A DNA stretch of 64,000 nucleotides from Escherichia coli. Its GTDB lineage: Bacteria > Pseudomonadota > Gammaproteobacteria > Enterobacterales > Enterobacteriaceae. Of this stretch, positions 40,788-50,467 are shown in pieces. Position numbers and translations under genes: made by a program. The stretch is taken from NCBI RefSeq assembly GCF_024700885.2, contig NZ_CP117016.1; one strand, 5' to 3'. The notes beneath the pieces were generated by a model, which saw only the letters and a program-made list of their open reading frames with translations, was not told the DNA's origin and did not search any database. Position 1 is the stretch's first letter; each line of letters starts with the position of its first letter.

Positions 40788-43370
40788 ATGAGTAAAATCA
40801 ATATGAAAGAGTCTGCAAGCAAGGATCTATCAGACCACACTCCTATGATGCAGCAATATCTCAAGCTGAAAGCCCAGCATCCCGAGATCCTGCTGTTTTA
40901 CCGGATGGGTGATTTTTATGAACTGTTTTATGACGACGCAAAACGCGCGTCGCAACTGCTGGATATTTCACTGACCAAACGCGGTGCTTCGGCGGGAGAG
41001 CCGATCCCGATGGCGGGGATCCCCTACCATGCGGTGGAAAACTACCTCGCCAAACTGGTGAATCAGGGCGAGTCCGTTGCCATCTGCGAACAAATTGGCG
41101 ATCCGGCGACCAGCAAAGGTCCGGTTGAGCGCAAAGTTGTGCGTATCGTTACGCCAGGCACCATCAGCGATGAAGCCCTGTTGCAGGAGCGTCAGGACAA
41201 CCTGCTGGCGGCTATCTGGCAGGACAGCAAAGGTTTCGGCTACGCGACGCTGGATATCAGTTCCGGGCGTTTTCGCCTGAGCGAACCGGCTGACCGCGAA
41301 ACGATGGCGGCAGAGCTGCAACGCACTAATCCGGCAGAGCTGTTGTATGCAGAAAATTTCGCCGAGATGTCGCTGATTGAAGGTCGTCGCGGACTGCGCC
41401 GTCGCCCGCTATGGGAGTTTGAAATCGACACCGCGCGCCAGCAGTTGAATCTGCAATTTGGCACCCGCGATCTGGTCGGTTTTGGCGTCGAGAACGCGCC
41501 GCGCGGACTTTGTGCTGCCGGTTGTCTGTTGCAGTATGCGAAAGATACCCAACGTACGACTCTGCCGCATATTCGTTCCATCACCATGGAACGTGAGCAG
41601 GACAGCATCATTATGGATGCCGCGACGCGTCGTAATCTGGAAATCACCCAGAACCTGGCGGGTGGTGCGGAAAATACGCTGGCTTCTGTGCTCGACTGCA
41701 CCGTCACGCCGATGGGCAGCCGTATGCTGAAACGCTGGCTGCATATGCCAGTGCGCGATACCCGCGTCTTGCTTGAGCGCCAGCAAACTATTGGCGCATT
41801 GCAGGATTTCACCGCCGAGCTGCAGCCGGTACTGCGTCAGGTCGGCGACCTGGAACGTATTCTGGCGCGTCTGGCTTTACGAACTGCTCGCCCACGCGAT
41901 CTGGCCCGTATGCGTCACGCTTTCCAGCAACTGCCGGAGCTGCGTGCGCTATTAGAAAATGTCGATAGCGCTCCGGTACAGGCGCTGCGTGAAAAAATGG
42001 GCGAGTTTGCCGAGCTGCGCGATCTGCTGGAGCGAGCAATCATCGACACACCGCCAGTGCTGGTACGCGACGGTGGTGTTATCGCACCGGGCTATAACGA
42101 AGAGCTGGATGAGTGGCGCGCGCTGGCTGACGGCGCGACCGATTATCTGGAGCGTCTGGAAGTCCGCGAGCGTGAACGTACTGGCCTGGACACCCTGAAA
42201 GTCGGCTTTAACGCGGTTCATGGTTATTACATTCAGATCAGCCGTGGACAAAGCCATCTGGCACCCATCAATTACATGCGTCGCCAGACGCTGAAAAACG
42301 CCGAGCGCTACATTATTCCAGAGCTAAAAGAGTACGAAGACAAAGTTCTCACTTCAAAAGGCAAAGCACTGGCACTGGAAAAACAGCTTTATGAAGAGTT
42401 GTTCGACCTGCTGTTGCCGCATCTGGAAGCGTTGCAACAGAGCGCGAGCGCGCTGGCGGAACTCGACGTGCTGGTGAACCTGGCAGAACGGGCCTATACG
42501 CTGAACTACACCTGCCCGACCTTTATTGATAAACCGGGTATTCGCATCACCGAAGGCCGCCATCCGGTGGTTGAACAGGTGCTGAATGAGCCGTTTATCG
42601 CCAACCCGCTGAACCTGTCGCCGCAGCGTCGCATGTTGATCATTACCGGTCCGAATATGGGCGGTAAAAGTACCTATATGCGCCAGACCGCACTGATTGC
42701 GCTGATGGCCTACATCGGCAGCTATGTACCGGCACAAAAAGTCGAGATTGGACCTATCGATCGCATCTTTACCCGCGTAGGGGCAGCGGATGATCTGGCA
42801 TCCGGGCGTTCAACCTTTATGGTGGAAATGACCGAAACCGCCAATATTTTACATAACGCCACCGAGTACAGTCTGGTGCTGATGGATGAGATTGGGCGCG
42901 GGACGTCCACTTACGATGGTCTGTCGCTGGCGTGGGCGTGCGCGGAAAATCTGGCGAATAAGATTAAAGCGTTGACACTGTTTGCCACCCACTATTTCGA
43001 GCTGACCCAGTTACCGGAGAAAATGGAAGGCGTCGCCAACGTGCATCTCGATGCGCTGGAGCACGGCGACACCATTGCCTTTATGCACAGCGTGCAGGAT
43101 GGCGCGGCGAGCAAAAGCTACGGCCTGGCGGTTGCAGCTCTGGCAGGCGTGCCAAAAGAGGTTATTAAGCGCGCACGGCAAAAACTGCGTGAGCTGGAAA
43201 GCATTTCGCCGAACGCCGCCGCTACGCAAGTGGATGGTACGCAAATGTCTTTGCTGTCAGTGCCAGAAGAAACGTCGCCTGCGGTCGAGGCACTGGAAAA
43301 CCTCGACCCGGATTCACTGACTCCGCGTCAGGCGCTGGAGTGGATTTATCGCTTGAAGAGTCTGGTGTAA
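40788..43370 (+). CDS. mutS: DNA mismatch repair protein MutS with an island-encoded replacement N-terminus
   Basis: 860-aa ORF; matches the MutS sequence as I recall it from HTPMMQQYL onward (Walker [10 protein letters not shown] present), but the first 16 residues [16 protein letters not shown] are encoded by island DNA. Confidence 0.93.
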   Translation: MSKINMKESASKDLSDHTPMMQQYLKLKAQHPEILLFYRMGDFYELFYDDAKRASQLLDISLTKRGASAGEPIPMAGIPYHAVENYLAKLVNQGESVAICEQIGDPATSKGPVERKVVRIVTPGTISDEALLQERQDNLLAAIWQDSKGFGYATLDISSGRFRLSEPADRETMAAELQRTNPAELLYAENFAEMSLIEGRRGLRRRPLWEFEIDTARQQLNLQFGTRDLVGFGVENAPRGLCAAGCLLQYAKDTQRTTLPHIRSITMEREQDSIIMDAATRRNLEITQNLAGGAENTLASVLDCTVTPMGSRMLKRWLHMPVRDTRVLLERQQTIGALQDFTAELQPVLRQVGDLERILARLALRTARPRDLARMRHAFQQLPELRALLENVDSAPVQALREKMGEFAELRDLLERAIIDTPPVLVRDGGVIAPGYNEELDEWRALADGATDYLERLEVRERERTGLDTLKVGFNAVHGYYIQISRGQSHLAPINYMRRQTLKNAERYIIPELKEYEDKVLTSKGKALALEKQLYEELFDLLLPHLEALQQSASALAELDVLVNLAERAYTLNYTCPTFIDKPGIRITEGRHPVVEQVLNEPFIANPLNLSPQRRMLIITGPNMGGKSTYMRQTALIALMAYIGSYVPAQKVEIGPIDRIFTRVGAADDLASGRSTFMVEMTETANILHNATEYSLVLMDEIGRGTSTYDGLSLAWACAENLANKIKALTLFATHYFELTQLPEKMEGVANVHLDALEHGDTIAFMHSVQDGAASKSYGLAVAALAGVPKEVIKRARQKLRELESISPNAAATQVDGTQMSLLSVPEETSPAVEALENLDPDSLTPRQALEWIYRLKSLV
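40836..40858. repeat. Right copy of the imperfect direct repeat flanking the island (attR candidate), inside the mutS coding sequence
   Basis: CACACTCCTATGATGCAGCAATA; 19 of 23 positions match 22999-23021. Confidence 0.65.
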
Positions 43371-43375
43371 TAACA

Positions 43376-43404
43376 ATTCCCGATAGTCTTTTGCTATCGG
43401 GAAT
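43376..43404. terminator. Hairpin downstream of mutS
   Basis: ATTCCCGATAG-TCTTTTG-CTATCGGGAAT, an 11-bp perfect stem. Confidence 0.55.
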
Positions 43405-43475
43405 ATTAACGACAACTGACGAATCAAATAAAAACACCCTGTATAATAGGAAATCTTATTTTACAGGGTAAAACC

Positions 43476-44132
43476 ATGCCATCTACACGCTATCAAAAAA
43501 TTAATGCCCATCACTATCGTTATATATGGGCCGTTGGTGATATTCATGGTGACTATCAATTATTACAATCCCGCTTACATCAACTCTCTTTTTGCCCTGA
43601 AACCGACTTACTTATTTCTGTCGGCGATAATATTGATCGTGGGCCGGAGAGTCTTAACGTACTACGCCTGTTAAACCAGCCCTGGTTTACATCGGTTAAA
43701 GGCAACCATGAAGCGATGGCGCTTGATGCATTCGAAACTGGCGATGGAAATATGTGGCTTGCCAGCGGCGGCGACTGGTTCTTTGAATTAAATGAGACGG
43801 AACAACAAGAAGCAATAAATCTGTTGCTGAAATTTCATCGCCTTCCACATATTATTGAAATCACTAACGATATAATAAAATATGTCATCGCACATGCAGA
43901 TTATCCGGGGAATGAATATCTCTTTGGCAAAGAAATAGCGGAGAGAGAACTACTCTGGCCTGTTGATCGTGTGCAGAAATCGCTTAATGGCGAGTTACAA
44001 CAAATAAACGGCGCTGATTATTTTATATTTGGACATATGATGTTTGATAACATTCAGACGTTCGCAAACCAGATTTATATTGATACCGGATCGCCGAAAA
44101 GCGGGCGGCTGTCATTTTATAAAATAAAGTAG
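43476..44132 (+). CDS. pphB: Serine/threonine protein phosphatase 2
   Basis: 218-aa ORF with calcineurin-like metallophosphatase motifs (GDIHG, GDNIDRG, GNHE). Confidence 0.9.
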   Translation: MPSTRYQKINAHHYRYIWAVGDIHGDYQLLQSRLHQLSFCPETDLLISVGDNIDRGPESLNVLRLLNQPWFTSVKGNHEAMALDAFETGDGNMWLASGGDWFFELNETEQQEAINLLLKFHRLPHIIEITNDIIKYVIAHADYPGNEYLFGKEIAERELLWPVDRVQKSLNGELQQINGADYFIFGHMMFDNIQTFANQIYIDTGSPKSGRLSFYKIK

Positions 44133-44133
44133 T

Positions 44134-44159
44134 CTCATGCTTCTTCTGTGAAGCATGAG
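44134..44159. terminator. Hairpin between convergent pphB and ygbI
   Basis: CTCATGCTTC-TTCTGT-GAAGCATGAG, 10-bp stem. Confidence 0.55.
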
Positions 44160-44182
44160 TAACCCGGTGTTATTGCAGGCCA

Positions 44183-44980
44183 TTATTCATTTTTCGCTAC
44201 CAGCAAAGAGAGATCCTGCTTCGCCAGCGCGCGACTGGCACTCTCCGGCAAACCGTCGTCTGTAATAATCTGATCAAACTCGCTTAATGGTAACGCCAGC
44301 CATGTCGCCACCTGACCATATTTCGTCGCATCACAGACCAAAACTCGCTGGCGGCTGGCACTGGCAATCGCCCGTTTCACCGTGACTTTATCTTCCGCTG
44401 GCGTAGAAATCCCCCGCACACTCCATGACGATGCAGAAATAAAAGCCTGATCAATCATCAGGCTGCGCAGCATGGTCGCAGCGGCTTCCCCGACACAGGA
44501 ACGGTTTTCCCGACACACTGCACCGCCAGTGTGAATAATTGTGCAATTACTGTTGTCGAGCAAGTAGTCCGCAATAACGAAATCGTTTGTGACCACAGTC
44601 AGTGACTCCATGTGAATCAGATGCTGTGCTATCGCTAGCGTGGTCGTTCCCGCATCCAGATAGATACAACTTCCCGGCTGAACAAGACTTGCCGCCAGCT
44701 TGCCAATAGCCGCTTTTTGCGTCATTGCCAGCGCAGTTTTTACCTGATGAGAAGGTTCATGCGCCACGCGTCCCGGAGACTGGACGCCTCCGGACACCAG
44801 CACAACGGCTCCCTGCTGCTCCAGTTTTTGTAAATCCCGACGAATGGTCATATGTGACACATTCATTCTGTCCGTTAGTTCAGCAATACTGACAATGCCT
44901 TTTTCAGCTACCATCTCAAGGATGATTTGGCGACGCTCTACGGGTATCAACTTTTGCTCCTTCCTTTGTCCTGCTGACAT
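44183..44980 (-). CDS. ygbI: DeoR-family transcriptional regulator
   Basis: 265-aa ORF with N-terminal HTH and DeoR-type sugar-binding C-terminus; divergent from ygbJ. Confidence 0.85.
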   Translation of the reverse strand: MSAGQRKEQKLIPVERRQIILEMVAEKGIVSIAELTDRMNVSHMTIRRDLQKLEQQGAVVLVSGGVQSPGRVAHEPSHQVKTALAMTQKAAIGKLAASLVQPGSCIYLDAGTTTLAIAQHLIHMESLTVVTNDFVIADYLLDNSNCTIIHTGGAVCRENRSCVGEAAATMLRSLMIDQAFISASSWSVRGISTPAEDKVTVKRAIASASRQRVLVCDATKYGQVATWLALPLSEFDQIITDDGLPESASRALAKQDLSLLVAKNE

Positions 44981-45145
44981 TCTACGCTATTTGCCTGCGA
45001 AACGTGCGCGGCGCAACTAACGCTTAGTTCACATAAAATAACACACAATGTTAATTTTTGTGAATCAGCTCACCATATCGTTATCTTTCAGCGCTTATAT
45101 TCACAATATCAAACAAAATATCACTTAAATTAACAAGGAGAGCAG

Positions 45146-46054
45146 ATGAAAACGGGATCTGAGTTTCATGTCGGTATCGTTGGCTTAGGGTCAATGGGAA
45201 TGGGAGCAGCACTGTCATGTGTCCGCGCAGGTCTTTCTACCTGGGGCGCAGACCTGAACAGCAATGCCTGCGCTACGTTGAAAGAGGCAGGTGCTTGCGG
45301 GGTTTCTGATAACGCCGCGACGTTTGCCGAAAAACTGGACGCTCTGCTGGTGCTGGTGGTCAATGCGGCCCAGGTTAAACAGGTGCTGTTTGGTGAAACA
45401 GGCGTTGCACAACATCTGAAACCCGGTACGGCAGTAATGGTTTCTTCCACTATCGCTAGTGCTGATGCGCAAGAAATTGCTACCGCTCTGGCTGGATTCG
45501 ATCTGGAAATGCTGGATGCGCCAGTTTCTGGTGGTGCAGTAAAAGCCGCTAACGGTGAAATGACTGTCATGGCCTCCGGTAGCGATATTGCCTTTGAACG
45601 ACTGGCACCCGTGCTGGAAGCCGTTGCCGGAAAAGTTTATCGCATAGGTGCAGAACCGGGACTAGGTTCGACCGTAAAAATTATTCACCAGTTGTTAGCG
45701 GGCGTACATATTGCTGCCGGAGCCGAAGCGATGGCACTTGCAGCCCGTGCGGGGATCCCGCTGGATGTGATGTATGACGTCGTGACCAATGCCGCCGGAA
45801 ATTCCTGGATGTTCGAAAACCGGATGCGTCATGTGGTGGATGGCGATTACACCCCGCATTCAGCCGTCGATATTTTTGTTAAGGATCTTGGTCTGGTTGC
45901 CGATACAGCCAAAGCCCTGCACTTCCCGCTGCCATTGGCCTCAACAGCATTGAATATGTTCACCAGCGCCAGTAACGCGGGTTACGGGAAAGAAGACGAT
46001 AGCGCAGTTATCAAGATTTTCTCTGGCATCACTCTACCGGGAGCGAAATCATGA
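45146..46054 (+). CDS. ygbJ: 3-hydroxyisobutyrate dehydrogenase-family oxidoreductase (threonate/tetronate pathway)
   Basis: 302-aa ORF with N-terminal Rossmann motif GIVGLGSMGMG. Confidence 0.85.
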   Translation: MKTGSEFHVGIVGLGSMGMGAALSCVRAGLSTWGADLNSNACATLKEAGACGVSDNAATFAEKLDALLVLVVNAAQVKQVLFGETGVAQHLKPGTAVMVSSTIASADAQEIATALAGFDLEMLDAPVSGGAVKAANGEMTVMASGSDIAFERLAPVLEAVAGKVYRIGAEPGLGSTVKIIHQLLAGVHIAAGAEAMALAARAGIPLDVMYDVVTNAAGNSWMFENRMRHVVDGDYTPHSAVDIFVKDLGLVADTAKALHFPLPLASTALNMFTSASNAGYGKEDDSAVIKIFSGITLPGAKS

Positions 46055-47313
46055 TCAAGATTGGCGTTATCGCCGATGATTTTACCGGCGCGACGGATAT
46101 CGCCAGTTTTCTGGTGGAAAACGGTCTACCAACGGTACAAATTAACGGTGTTCCAACAGGTAAAATGCCGGAAGCAATCGACGCACTGGTGATCAGCCTG
46201 AAAACGCGTTCCTGTCCGGTGGTTGAAGCCACACAGCAATCGCTGGCGGCTCTGAGCTGGTTGCAACAGCAAGGTTGCAAACAGATCTATTTCAAATACT
46301 GCTCTACTTTCGACAGTACGGCGAAAGGTAATATCGGCCCGGTTACCGATGCATTAATGGATGCTCTCGACACGCCGTTTACGGTCTTCTCTCCGGCCCT
46401 GCCGGTCAACGGACGTACGGTTTATCAGGGGTATTTGTTCGTAATGAATCAACTGCTGGCCGAATCTGGGATGCGCCATCACCCGGTAAATCCCATGACC
46501 GACAGCTATCTTCCCCGTCTGGTTGAAGCGCAATCCACAGGGCGCTGCGGCGTCGTTTCGGCACATGTTTTCGAACAAGGTGTGGATGCCGTTCGTCAAG
46601 AGCTGGCTCGCTTACAGCAAGAGGGCTACCGCTACGCGGTGCTTGATGCGCTGACCGAACACCATCTGGAAATTCAGGGAGAAGCCTTGCGCGATGCCCC
46701 ACTGGTAACGGGCGGTTCTGGTCTGGCGATTGGCCTTGCCCGGCAGTGGGCGCAAGAAAACGGTAACCAGGCTCGCAAAGCAGGGCATCCGCTCGCTGGG
46801 CGCGGCGTAGTGCTCTCCGGTTCATGCTCTCAAATGACCAACCGCCAGGTAGCACATTACCGTCAAATTGCACCAGCCCGTGAAGTTGATGTGGCACGCT
46901 GCCTCTCAATTGAAACTCTGGCCGCTTATGCACACGAACTGGCAGAGTGGGTTCTGGGCCAGGAAAGTGTACTTGCTCCACTGGTTTTTGCCACCGCCAG
47001 CACTGACGCATTGGCAGCAATTCAACAGCAATACGGTGCACAAAAAGCCAGTCAGGCAGTAGAAACACTGTTTTCTCAACTAGCGACGCGGTTAGCCGCG
47101 GAAGGCGTGACACGCTTTATTGTCGCAGGCGGTGAGACCTCCGGCGTAGTCACACAGAGCCTGGGAATAAAAGGGTTTCATATTGGCCCAACCATTTCCC
47201 CCGGCGTGCCGTGGGTAAACGCACTGGATAAGCCTGTCTCACTCGCCCTTAAATCTGGCAACTTCGGTGATGAAGCCTTTTTTTCACGAGCCCAAAGAGA
47301 GTTTTTATCATGA
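46051..47313 (+). CDS. ygbK: Four-carbon acid sugar kinase family protein
   Basis: 420-aa ORF in the conserved ygbJKLMN order. Confidence 0.85.
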   Translation: MIKIGVIADDFTGATDIASFLVENGLPTVQINGVPTGKMPEAIDALVISLKTRSCPVVEATQQSLAALSWLQQQGCKQIYFKYCSTFDSTAKGNIGPVTDALMDALDTPFTVFSPALPVNGRTVYQGYLFVMNQLLAESGMRHHPVNPMTDSYLPRLVEAQSTGRCGVVSAHVFEQGVDAVRQELARLQQEGYRYAVLDALTEHHLEIQGEALRDAPLVTGGSGLAIGLARQWAQENGNQARKAGHPLAGRGVVLSGSCSQMTNRQVAHYRQIAPAREVDVARCLSIETLAAYAHELAEWVLGQESVLAPLVFATASTDALAAIQQQYGAQKASQAVETLFSQLATRLAAEGVTRFIVAGGETSGVVTQSLGIKGFHIGPTISPGVPWVNALDKPVSLALKSGNFGDEAFFSRAQREFLS

Positions 47314-47948
47314 GCGATTTCGCAAAAGTAGAGCAGTCTTTGCGAGAGGAGATGACGCGGATTGCCAGTTCATTCTTTCAGCGCGGCTATGCAACCGGTT
47401 CGGCTGGCAATCTGTCGCTGCTTTTACCTGACGGGAATTTACTGGCGACACCGACAGGTTCATGCCTGGGCAATCTCGATCCGCAGCGGCTTTCCAAAGT
47501 CGCCGCGGATGGCGAATGGTTAAGTGGTGACAAACCCTCGAAAGAGGTGCTCTTTCATCTGGCGCTGTATCGCAACAATCCGCGCTGTAAAGCGGTGGTG
47601 CATTTGCACAGCACATGGTCGACGGCGCTTTCCTGCCTGCAAGGGCTGGACAGCAGCAACGTTATTCGTCCGTTCACACCATACGTGGTGATGCGGATGG
47701 GAAATATCCCGCTGGTGCCTTATTACCGACCGGGCGATAAACGCATCGCACAGGATCTGGCGGAACTGGCAGCAGACAATCAGGCTTTTTTACTGGCAAA
47801 TCATGGCCCAGTGGTTTGCGGTGAAAGCCTGCAAGAAGCCGCCAACAATATGGAAGAGCTGGAGGAAACGGCAAAGCTGATTTTTATTCTCGGTGACCGC
47901 CCGATCCGTTATCTGACCGCAGGTGAAATTGCGGAATTAAGGAGTTAA
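47310..47948 (+). CDS. ygbL: Class II aldolase/adducin-family protein
   Basis: 212-aa ORF. Confidence 0.85.
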
Positions 47949-47952
47949 TGCA

Positions 47953-48729
47953 ATGCCTCGTTTTGCAGCTAATTTATCCATGATGTTCACCGAAGTGCCT
48001 TTTATTGAACGCTTCGCCGCAGCGCGAAAAGCCGGGTTCGATGCTGTGGAATTTCTGTTTCCCTATAACTACTCCACCCTGCAAATCCAAAAGCAACTGG
48101 AGCAAAACCATCTGACACTGGCGCTGTTCAATACCGCTCCCGGAGATATTAATGCGGGGGAATGGGGATTATCCGCCCTTCCCGGACGTGAGCACGAAGC
48201 ACACGCAGACATCGACCTGGCACTGGAATATGCATTGGCGCTCAATTGTGAACAAGTCCATGTGATGGCAGGCGTCGTGCCCGCTGGCGAAGATGCTGAA
48301 CGGTACAGGGCAGTATTTATCGATAATATCCGCTACGCTGCCGACCGCTTTGCACCACACGGCAAGCGAATATTAGTTGAAGCACTCAGCCCCGGCGTTA
48401 AGCCTCATTATCTCTTCTCCAGCCAGTATCAGGCACTGGCTATTGTTGAAGAAGTTGCGCGAGATAACGTGTTTATTCAACTAGATACTTTTCATGCGCA
48501 AAAAGTAGATGGCAACCTGACGCATTTAATCCGCGACTACGCCGGGAAATATGCGCACGTACAAATTGCCGGACTACCTGATCGACATGAACCGGACGAT
48601 GGAGAAATCAACTATCCGTGGCTGTTCCGCCTGTTCGATGAGGTGGGATATCAGGGCTGGATCGGTTGTGAATATAAACCTCGTGGCCTCACCGAAGAAG
48701 GGCTTGGCTGGTTTGACGCCTGGCGCTAA
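47953..48729 (+). CDS. ygbM: Hydroxypyruvate isomerase-like (TIM-barrel sugar isomerase) protein
   Basis: 258-aa ORF. Confidence 0.85.
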
Positions 48730-48817
48730 TTCGTTAAATCCCTAATTACAACGTACCCATACATCCCCCCATCTACGGATGGGGTAGGTTAACTATAACT
48801 TTCAGACAGGGTTTCCC

Positions 48818-50182
48818 ATGTCCACAATTACATTGTTATGCATTGCGTTAACTGGCGTAATCATGCTGTTGCTGCTGGTCATCAAGGCAAAGGTACAACC
48901 ATTCGTTGCTCTGCTCCTCGTCAGCCTGTTAGTCGCACTTGCGGCGGGTATACCAGCGGGCGAAGTGGGTAAAGTGATGATCGCCGGGATGGGCGGTGTG
49001 CTTGGTTCCGTCACTATTATTATTGGTCTGGGCGCTATGCTGGGGCGTATGATCGAACACTCTGGTGGTGCAGAGTCACTGGCTAATTATTTCAGTCGCA
49101 AGTTAGGTGACAAACGAACTATCGCTGCGCTGACTCTGGCAGCGTTCTTCCTCGGTATTCCCGTCTTCTTTGATGTCGGCTTTATTATTCTTGCGCCAAT
49201 CATTTACGGTTTTGCCAAGGTTGCCAAAATATCGCCACTCAAATTTGGCCTGCCTGTCGCTGGAATCATGCTAACTGTTCATGTGGCGGTACCGCCGCAT
49301 CCAGGCCCTGTCGCCGCAGCGGGGTTACTCCACGCAGACATCGGCTGGCTAACCATCATCGGTATTGCGATTTCTATTCCAGCAGGGATTGTTGGCTACT
49401 TTGCAGCGAAAATAATCAATAAGCGCCAATATGCGATGTCGGTGGAAGTACTGGAACAGATGCAACTGGCTCCGGCCAGTGAGGAAGGCGCGACAAAATT
49501 AAGCGATAAAATAAATCCACCGGGCGTCGCGCTGGTCACCTCGCTAATTGTTATTCCTATCGCGATTATCATGGCGGGTACGGTTTCCGCAACACTGATG
49601 CCGCCTTCGCATCCCCTGCTTGGTACGCTACAGCTGATCGGCTCACCAATGGTAGCTCTAATGATTGCGCTGGTGCTGGCATTCTGGTTATTGGCTTTAC
49701 GTCGCGGCTGGAGCTTACAACACACCAGCGACATTATGGGCTCAGCCCTTCCCACTGCGGCGGTAGTGATTTTGGTTACTGGTGCTGGAGGGGTATTTGG
49801 CAAAGTGCTGGTGGAATCGGGCGTCGGCAAAGCCCTTGCCAACATGCTACAAATGATTGACCTGCCTCTGTTACCAGCCGCATTTATTATTTCACTGGCG
49901 CTGCGTGCATCGCAGGGGTCAGCAACCGTAGCAATCCTGACAACCGGCGGGTTACTCTCAGAAGCGGTGATGGGATTGAATCCGATTCAGTGCGTATTGG
50001 TGACGCTGGCAGCCTGCTTTGGTGGGCTTGGCGCGTCACATATTAATGACTCAGGGTTCTGGATTGTGACCAAATATCTGGGGTTGTCGGTAGCAGACGG
50101 TCTGAAAACCTGGACAGTGTTAACGACCATTCTCGGTTTTACCGGATTCTTAATTACCTGGTGCGTATGGGCGGTAATTTGA
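48818..50182 (+). CDS. ygbN: GntP-family permease
   Basis: 454-aa polytopic membrane ORF. Confidence 0.85.
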   Translation: MSTITLLCIALTGVIMLLLLVIKAKVQPFVALLLVSLLVALAAGIPAGEVGKVMIAGMGGVLGSVTIIIGLGAMLGRMIEHSGGAESLANYFSRKLGDKRTIAALTLAAFFLGIPVFFDVGFIILAPIIYGFAKVAKISPLKFGLPVAGIMLTVHVAVPPHPGPVAAAGLLHADIGWLTIIGIAISIPAGIVGYFAAKIINKRQYAMSVEVLEQMQLAPASEEGATKLSDKINPPGVALVTSLIVIPIAIIMAGTVSATLMPPSHPLLGTLQLIGSPMVALMIALVLAFWLLALRRGWSLQHTSDIMGSALPTAAVVILVTGAGGVFGKVLVESGVGKALANMLQMIDLPLLPAAFIISLALRASQGSATVAILTTGGLLSEAVMGLNPIQCVLVTLAACFGGLGASHINDSGFWIVTKYLGLSVADGLKTWTVLTTILGFTGFLITWCVWAVI

Positions 50183-50190
50183 CCTTAATA

Positions 50191-50218
50191 AAAAGGTCCG
50201 ATGGGCATCGGACCTTTT
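50191..50218. terminator. Bidirectional hairpin between ygbN and the decarboxylase cluster
   Basis: AAAAGGTCCGAT-GGGC-ATCGGACCTTTT. Confidence 0.65.
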
Positions 50219-50220
50219 AT

Positions 50221-50457
50221 TTAGCGCTTACCTTCCGCCAGCAGCGGCGGGATGCTCGGCACCATCGGCGCGTCATCAATATCTTTCTGCGTCATGCGGA
50301 ACGCTTCGGGATAATGTTCGCGGCTGGTGCGGCGTAGCGGTTCGGTATCGCGCCAGGTATAGAGGCAATGCTGGCACTGATAGATCGTCCAGACATCTTT
50401 TACCGGCGATTTCGCCATCACTTCAATCTGTTCATCAGCACAACGTGGACAAATCAT
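50221..50457 (-). CDS. Small zinc-ribbon subunit of a non-oxidative hydroxyarylic acid decarboxylase (subunit D type)
   Basis: 78-aa ORF with CPRC...CQHC, downstream of UbiD-like and UbiX-like genes. Confidence 0.7.
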   Translation of the reverse strand: MICPRCADEQIEVMAKSPVKDVWTIYQCQHCLYTWRDTEPLRRTSREHYPEAFRMTQKDIDDAPMVPSIPPLLAEGKR

Positions 50458-50467
50458 CTTGTTCTCC

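Larger units (their letters stand above)
23022..40858. mobile_element. About 17.8 kb AT-rich integrative (mobilisable) island inserted in the 5' end of mutS
   Basis: Abrupt composition change at both borders, flanking imperfect direct repeats, terminal tyrosine integrase, MobC/relaxase genes, foreign tRNAs; core flanks are contiguous ygbA and mutS. Confidence 0.85.

Noticed and set aside
41240-41812. 190-aa ORF antisense within mutS
   Set aside because: Embedded in the well-supported mutS gene on the opposite strand; considered spurious.
46406-47113. 235-aa ORF antisense to ygbK
   Set aside because: Same reasoning: embedded antisense ORF with Arg/Pro-rich low-complexity translation.
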